Shown: piece after piece, positions 58,679-64,000 of the stretch
How positions within the stretch are numbered: the stretch's first letter is position 1
Layout: every line of letters begins with the position of its first letter
NCBI GenBank assembly: GCA_963832165.1
Contig: CAWHTE010000001.1
Span: 96,001 to 160,000, forward strand
DNA length: 64,000 bases
Direction of reading: 5' to 3'
DNA from: an uncultured delta proteobacterium
GTDB lineage: Bacteria; Myxococcota_A; UBA9160; SMWR01
Made by a program: the position numbers and the translations under genes
Notes under the pieces: generated by a model
Seen by the model: only the letters and a program-made list of their open reading frames with translations
The model's database searches: none
Told to the model about the DNA's origin: nothing

Positions 58679-60034
58679 CTAACCCGCCTCGACCAGCGCC
58701 GAGAGCTCCTCGCGCATCATGCGCCGCAGCACGCGCAGCTCCGCGGCGCGGTGCGGGACCGCGCGCAGCGTGAGGTAGGCGAGCGCCTCGTTCCAGAAGC
58801 TCTCGTAGTGCTCGAAGAAGCGCAGCGAGATCCAGCCCGTCACAGGCGCGAGTACGGCCACCGCGAGCGCGCCCGGCGTGCCCCACAGACCTCCTGCAGC
58901 CAGCGCCTCGAGCGTCCACGTGATCGGAAACAGGAAGAAGCCCGCGAGCACCTTGTAGGTCGCGGGCTGATCGCCCTCGTCCTCGAAGAACGACGCGATC
59001 CGCGCGACGACGTGATAGGGCAGTGCGTTGAGCGCGTAGCCGACCACCGCGATCGGAAGCCGTGCCAGGAGCGCCGGAATGCGGCCGCTCACATAGCTCA
59101 CGACGTGGGCCCACGGGTAGTTCGCCGTCACGTGGTCGTCGCGCAGCCGGAACGCCTCGAGCAGGAGCTCGTAGCGGCGCGCCATCGCCTCGAGCGACTC
59201 GACGCGCACGGGCTGCGCGGCGCGCGCCGCCTCGTAGCCCGCACCGAAGGCATGGCGCAGCGAGAAGCGCTCGGCGAGCGCAGCGACGCCCGGCATCTCG
59301 CGCGCGGGGTCTCCGCCGTAGATCTCGGCCGCGCGCTCGAGGAGCTGCGCGGTGTGCCACGAGTCGGTGTTCAGCGTCACCGCGCGCAGGCCTTCGTCGA
59401 TCGCGTCGGTGAGCGCGCGCGCGGCCTCCGTGTCGTCCGACGCGGAGGCCTCCACGGGGATCGGCTCGCCCACGCACAGGAGCAGGCGCGAGCGGAACAG
59501 CCGCTTGTTCTCGAACGTGAGACCCACGGGCGCGATCACGACCTTCCCGGGCGCCGAGGCGGCCGCTCCGAGCGCGATCCGCGCGGCGCCCGTGCGCAGC
59601 GGCTGCAGCGCGGGGCGGTCGTGACTGATGCCCTCTGGAAACAGCGCCACCGCGCCGCCTCCCGCGAGCTCCTCGAAGCAGCGCGTGAACGTCTCCTGGT
59701 TGCGCGACGTGTCGCCCTCGCTCGCGCGGTAGACGGGAACGGCTCCCGCGAGCTGGAGCAGCGGCCAGACCGCCGGGTTGCTCCACAGCGTGTGCTTGGC
59801 GAGGAAGCGCGGCAGCCGCGGCAGCAGCGCCACGAGCACCATCGGATCGATCAGCGCGTTGCCGTGATTGGCGACGAAGAGCACGGCTCCCGTGCGCGGG
59901 ACGCGCTCGAGTCCCTGCACTTCGGTGCTGCGGAAGAACACCGCGACGAGCAGGCGCGCGAGCCCGCGCGCCCCGCGGTCGAGCAGCCCGCGCACGGTGG
60001 TCGGGCGAGCCGGCTCGTGCTCGTTCGAACTCAC
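58679..60034 (-). CDS. Glycerol-phosphate/lysophospholipid acyltransferase
   Basis: ANHGNALID (HxxxxD), FLAK, FPEG, C-terminal TM helices. Confidence 0.88.
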   Translation of the reverse strand: MSSNEHEPARPTTVRGLLDRGARGLARLLVAVFFRSTEVQGLERVPRTGAVLFVANHGNALIDPMVLVALLPRLPRFLAKHTLWSNPAVWPLLQLAGAVPVYRASEGDTSRNQETFTRCFEELAGGGAVALFPEGISHDRPALQPLRTGAARIALGAAASAPGKVVIAPVGLTFENKRLFRSRLLLCVGEPIPVEASASDDTEAARALTDAIDEGLRAVTLNTDSWHTAQLLERAAEIYGGDPAREMPGVAALAERFSLRHAFGAGYEAARAAQPVRVESLEAMARRYELLLEAFRLRDDHVTANYPWAHVVSYVSGRIPALLARLPIAVVGYALNALPYHVVARIASFFEDEGDQPATYKVLAGFFLFPITWTLEALAAGGLWGTPGALAVAVLAPVTGWISLRFFEHYESFWNEALAYLTLRAVPHRAAELRVLRRMMREELSALVEAG

Positions 60035-60090
60035 GCCGGGATCGTAACGCGCCGCGCCTGGCGTAACGCAGCCGACCGCGAGCGCGACGA

Positions 60091-60276
60091 CTACGGGCAG
60101 GCCGTGCTGTCCGAGACGCAGTCCGCGATGTTGGTGAGCGCGGTGTCGATGTCTTCCTTGAGCGTGCTCCAGAGCAGCGCGCCGGCGATCGCGAACACCA
60201 CGCCCACGATCGACCACTCGACCATCTCCATGCCCGCGTCCTCGCGGACCAGACGCGCGATCACCTGCCCGAACAT
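60091..60276 (-). CDS. flp: Flp family type IVb pilin
   Basis: 61 aa; leader ends REDAG, then MEMVEW (Glu at +5) and a hydrophobic helix; GGAG RBS. Confidence 0.75.
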   Translation of the reverse strand: MFGQVIARLVREDAGMEMVEWSIVGVVFAIAGALLWSTLKEDIDTALTNIADCVSDSTACP

Positions 60277-60421
60277 TGCGTTCTCCGATTTCCGCGGCGC
60301 GACGATGGCCGCCTTCTGCCCGGTTCAGTCGCCGTTCGGGCGCTCGCGGTTACACCGATGCGGATTGCGGCATGAGGCGAAACGCCCCGTGTGATGCCGA
60401 CCTGCGCCAGTTACTTGCGCG

Positions 60422-61543
60422 TCAGCTGCGCCCGCCCAGGCCGAGCGCCTGTTTGGCCACTACCCCGCGCATCACTTCCGACGTGCCGCCGCCGATCGTC
60501 TCCCAGAGACTCTGGCGCCACAAGAGCTCGACGCGCTCCCCCGAGACCAGCGCGGCGGGTCCTCCGAAGTCGAGCGCGGCGCGCGCGATCTCCTGACACA
60601 CGACGGTGTGAAGCACCTTGTTTGCGGCCGCCTCGGCCGCGGCGCCGGTACCGCGCAGCATCGCGTCGAGCACGCGCAGCCCCGAGGCCTCCGCCTCCGC
60701 CACGCGCACCGCGAGGTCGGCGAGCACCGCGCGCACTCGCGCATCGGCCACGAGCCCGCGCGCGCGCGCCCACTCGATCACCTCTTCCAGATCGCGGCGC
60801 ACGCGCCCGGGCGGGAACTGGATGTGCCGCTCGTCCGCGAGCGCCTCGGCCATGATTCCCCACGCGCCGTTCTCGGGGCCGATCCGCTGCGCGGCGGGCA
60901 CGCGCACGCCGTCGAAGAACACCTCGTTGAGCTGGTCGCCGTCGAGCGTGGGCAGCGGATTCACGACAACGCCCGGGCTGTGCTTCTCGATGATCAGCAG
61001 CGTGAGTCCGCGCCCGCGACTCTCCTGGCTGCCCGTGCGCACGAGCGTCCAGAAGTAGTCCATGTCCTGCGCGTAGGACTGCCAGCACTTCTGCCCCGAG
61101 ACGACGTACTCGTCGCCGCGCAGCTCGGCACGGCAGCGCGCCGACGCGAGGTCGGAGCCGGCCTCCGGCTCGGAATAGGCGAGCGAGAAGTGGATCTCGC
61201 CGCGCTGGATCGGGGGCAGCCAGCGCTCGCGCTGCTGCGTATCGCCGTGGCGCGCGATCGTCTTCGCGACGATGCCCGACGCGAGCGGCGGCCGCGCCGC
61301 GCGCGCATAGCCGATCTCGTCCCAGAGGATGTACTCGTACGTGAGCGGCTTTCCGCTGCCGCCCGCGGCGATCGGCCAGCCCAGCGAGAGCCAGCCCCGC
61401 TCCGCCATCGCGGCGAAGAACGCCTTCACGCGCGGCCAGTGGTGACCCTGCAGGAAGAATGCGTCGAGGTCGCGGTAGTCGGCGAGGAACCCCACCACCT
61501 CGGCGCGGAACGCCTCCTCCTCGGGCGCAAACGCGGGATTCAA
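60422..61543 (-). CDS. Acyl-CoA dehydrogenase (FadE29-like)
   Basis: YSEPEAGSDLAS, GQKCW, NEVFFD, TIGGGTSEVMR. Confidence 0.9.
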   Translation of the reverse strand: MNPAFAPEEEAFRAEVVGFLADYRDLDAFFLQGHHWPRVKAFFAAMAERGWLSLGWPIAAGGSGKPLTYEYILWDEIGYARAARPPLASGIVAKTIARHGDTQQRERWLPPIQRGEIHFSLAYSEPEAGSDLASARCRAELRGDEYVVSGQKCWQSYAQDMDYFWTLVRTGSQESRGRGLTLLIIEKHSPGVVVNPLPTLDGDQLNEVFFDGVRVPAAQRIGPENGAWGIMAEALADERHIQFPPGRVRRDLEEVIEWARARGLVADARVRAVLADLAVRVAEAEASGLRVLDAMLRGTGAAAEAAANKVLHTVVCQEIARAALDFGGPAALVSGERVELLWRQSLWETIGGGTSEVMRGVVAKQALGLGGRS

Positions 61544-62382
61544 CTCTTGCTCCTCGCGTTCGGATTCGGGTCCCAGCGCGCGGGTCGCTTCTCCGCGAAC
61601 GCGCGCGGTCCCTCGACGAAGTCCGGGTGGGCCCAGTGCGCGCGCAGGAGGCCCCACGCCTGCTCGAGCGCCGCCGAATAACCCTGCTCGAGACTGCCCC
61701 AGACCGCCTGCTTCGAGAGCGCCATCGCCTGCGGTGAGTTCTGCAGCATCTGCTCCGCCATCGCGAGCGCGGCAGGCAGCGCGTCGCCCGGCCCAGCGAC
61801 GAGCTCGTCGACGAGGCCGAGCTCGTAGGCGCGGCGCGCGGGCATCCGGTAGTGGCGTCCGAGCAGCGTCATGCGCAGCGCGGAGCCGAGCGGCAGACGC
61901 CTGGCGAGGCCGATGTTCTCGAGCGCGCCCACGAAGCCGACGTTCACGTGGGTGTCCATGAACGCGGCGTTCTCGCTCGCGATCACGATGTCCGCGTCGA
62001 CCACGAAGTGCAATCCCCCGCCCGCGCACAGACCCTGCACCGCGCACAGCACGGGCTTCCAGACGCGGTTCTGGTGCGGCGACCAGTGCACGGCTTCCGC
62101 GAGCGGGCGGTTGTTGAACACCGTGTCGGCGTCGTCGCTCTCGGCCTCGCCGACGTCGAAGCCCGTGCAGAAGTGGCGCTCCCCCGCGGCCGTCACGATC
62201 GCGACGCGCACTGCGTCGTCGTCCCGCACCTCGCTCCAGATCGCGCGCATCACGGGCTGCATGTTCGGCGCGAGTGCGTTGCCGCGCGCGGGGCGGTCCA
62301 GCGTGATCACGGCGATGCCATCGGGCCGGCGCTCGTAGCGGATGCCGGGCAGCGCGCCGCGCAGGTCGATCGATTTCGTCAT
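61540..62382 (-). CDS. Enoyl-CoA hydratase/isomerase family protein
   Basis: TLDRP..GNAL, FCTGFD, KPVLCAVQG, AYELGLV, EGPRAFAEKR. Confidence 0.88.
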   Translation of the reverse strand: MTKSIDLRGALPGIRYERRPDGIAVITLDRPARGNALAPNMQPVMRAIWSEVRDDDAVRVAIVTAAGERHFCTGFDVGEAESDDADTVFNNRPLAEAVHWSPHQNRVWKPVLCAVQGLCAGGGLHFVVDADIVIASENAAFMDTHVNVGFVGALENIGLARRLPLGSALRMTLLGRHYRMPARRAYELGLVDELVAGPGDALPAALAMAEQMLQNSPQAMALSKQAVWGSLEQGYSAALEQAWGLLRAHWAHPDFVEGPRAFAEKRPARWDPNPNARSKS

Positions 62383-63332
62383 GAGGCCTCCAGGGCTTTC
62401 AGGCCGTACTGCGCGAGCAGCGCGTCGCGCGCGGCATCGGCCGGCGGGGGCTGCGAGGCGAGCTGGCGGATCCGGCGAGACACGTGGAACACCGGGCCTT
62501 CGAGCGTGATGCCCTGCGCGCCGAACAGCTGGTGGGCGGTGTGCGCGGCGTCGAGCGCAGCGCGCGCGGCCGACAGGCGCGCGGCTGCGGCGCGCGCGCG
62601 CAGGTCGGCGGCGTCCGTGTCCCACGCGTGCGCGGCGATCCGCGCGAGTGTCGCCGCGGCTGCGAGTCGCACGTGCGCATCGGCGAGCGGGTGGGCCACG
62701 GCCTGAAAATCGCCGATCGCGCGCCCGAACTGCTGGCGCGCGCGCGCATGCGCGGCCGTGGCGGAGACGAGCGCGCTGCCTGCGGCGGCCGTGTAGGCCG
62801 CGAACGCGAGGTCGTGCAGCGCCCACGCGCGCGCGTCTGCGTTCAGCGCGGCGCCGAGCTCGAGCTCGACGCGTCCCCAGGGCTCGCCGCCGAGCGTCTC
62901 GACCTCGGTGACGGCGCCGCGCGGCTGCGCGCGTCGCAGTGCCCCGCCCTCGAGCGCGAGGAAGCAATCGGCCACGGGCGCGAACGGAAAGAGCGGCGGC
63001 GTTCCGAGCGCCACGATCCACTCGCCCTGCGCGACCTTCGTGGACTCCTTCTCGTCGAGCACCTGCGTGGCGAGAAAGGTCGCCGCGAGCGGGCCCGGAA
63101 ACGCGGCCGCGCCGAGCGACTCGAGCGCGGCGACGAGCTCGCGCGCACCGCCGTCTCCTTCCGGTGTCGCGAGCGCGAGCACGCCGAGCTCGGCCAGCTC
63201 GCGCCACAGAGCGCGCGGCAGGGTGCCCGCGGTCTGCCGCACGACCGCCTCGGGGCAGCGCTCGGCGCAGAACTTCGCGACGGCGTCGGCGATCGCCTGC
63301 TCGGAATCGTCGAGCGCGAGGTCGAGGCTCAA
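62379..63332 (-). CDS. Short acyl-CoA dehydrogenase (FadE28-like partner subunit)
   Basis: LWRELAELG, RQQFGRAIGDFQAVAH, QLFGAQGIT; lacks the SEP motif. Confidence 0.85.
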   Translation of the reverse strand: MSLDLALDDSEQAIADAVAKFCAERCPEAVVRQTAGTLPRALWRELAELGVLALATPEGDGGARELVAALESLGAAAFPGPLAATFLATQVLDEKESTKVAQGEWIVALGTPPLFPFAPVADCFLALEGGALRRAQPRGAVTEVETLGGEPWGRVELELGAALNADARAWALHDLAFAAYTAAAGSALVSATAAHARARQQFGRAIGDFQAVAHPLADAHVRLAAAATLARIAAHAWDTDAADLRARAAAARLSAARAALDAAHTAHQLFGAQGITLEGPVFHVSRRIRQLASQPPPADAARDALLAQYGLKALEAS

Positions 63333-64000
63333 GTGCGCTGGATCCAGCGCTGCGCCGTGATCGCGCGCCGGTGGGCCGACGCGCCGCCGAGCTCGAGGCG
63401 CAGCGCCTGGAGCCGCATGCTGAACACGTGCAGGTCGTGCTCGCGCGTGAAGCCCATCGCACCCGTGAGCTGGTGGGTCTCGCGAAACAGCTGATTCGCG
63501 GCTTCGGCCGCGTGAGCGGCCGCGGTGGCGGACGCCTCGCCGGCCCCTCCGCGCGCCGCGGCTTCGAGCGTGAGCCAGCGCGTGCCCTCGACGAGCACCG
63601 TGCACATCGCGAGCCGGTGTTGGAGCGCCTGGAACGAGCCGATCGCGCGGCCGAACTGGCGGCGCCGCTTCACGTACGCGACGGTGATGTCGAGCGCGGC
63701 CTGCATCGTGCCGTAGAGCTCGGCCGCGAGCGCGACGCGCCACCAGTTGCGCAGCTTCTCACCCGAGCCCGCGCCGAGCGATTCGCCCGAACGCGCGTCG
63801 AGCGCGAGCGCGCCGACGGGCAGCATGAAGTTCGAGCGCACGGGTGTTCCGTCGCCGGGCGCGAGCGAGACGAGCCGCGCCTCGTCGCCGCAATCGACGA
63901 GCGCGGTGCGCGCCTGCGCGCCGAAGCGCACCGGGCCGGGATGCGCGAGCGACACGAGCGCGACGGGGGCGGGCAGCACGCGCCCGACGAGCGCGGGCGC
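63329..64000 (-). CDS. Acyl-CoA dehydrogenase, 5' end outside the window
   Basis: RRQFGRAIGSFQALQH, QLTGAMGFTREHDLH. Confidence 0.85.
   Translation of the reverse strand, partial: APALVGRVLPAPVALVSLAHPGPVRFGAQARTALVDCGDEARLVSLAPGDGTPVRSNFMLPVGALALDARSGESLGAGSGEKLRNWWRVALAAELYGTMQAALDITVAYVKRRRQFGRAIGSFQALQHRLAMCTVLVEGTRWLTLEAAARGGAGEASATAAAHAAEAANQLFRETHQLTGAMGFTREHDLHVFSMRLQALRLELGGASAHRRAITAQRWIQRT

Overview
High-GC, densely coding bacterial DNA, probably from a Gram-negative lipid/steroid-degrading organism; a Myxococcota-like affiliation is only an impression. At least six genes carry single-base frameshifts, consistent with an unpolished long-read assembly. In order, the window holds: an ABC-transport block whose ATPase is fused to a flavin-dependent halogenase-like domain; a REP-associated (RAYT-type) HUH transposase; a divergent ketosynthase-free ACP biosynthetic cluster (AMP ligase, FAD oxidoreductase, stand-alone condensation domain, ACP, halogenase-like enzyme, CrtI-like enzyme, lipoprotein, MIO ammonia-lyase, thioesterase, methyltransferase); a steroid-like redox operon; LemA/TPM genes and assorted metabolic genes; a TetR-associated divergent locus with an aminotransferase-SCP2 fusion and a 1271-aa FGGY kinase/2-hydroxyacid dehydrogenase/SCP2/class II aldolase fusion (best candidate for an undescribed pathway, stripping the amino-polyol head from a lipid); two P450s; SNF2+SWIM preceded by about 330 nt of highly structured non-coding sequence; a VWA/PspA operon facing a two-component system that shares an LRSLGYxDGGV peptide with it; an orphan Flp pilin; and acyl-CoA dehydrogenases. 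A short mini-hairpin repeat family is dispersed through the window and invades gene 3' ends. No rRNA, tRNA or CRISPR array was seen.
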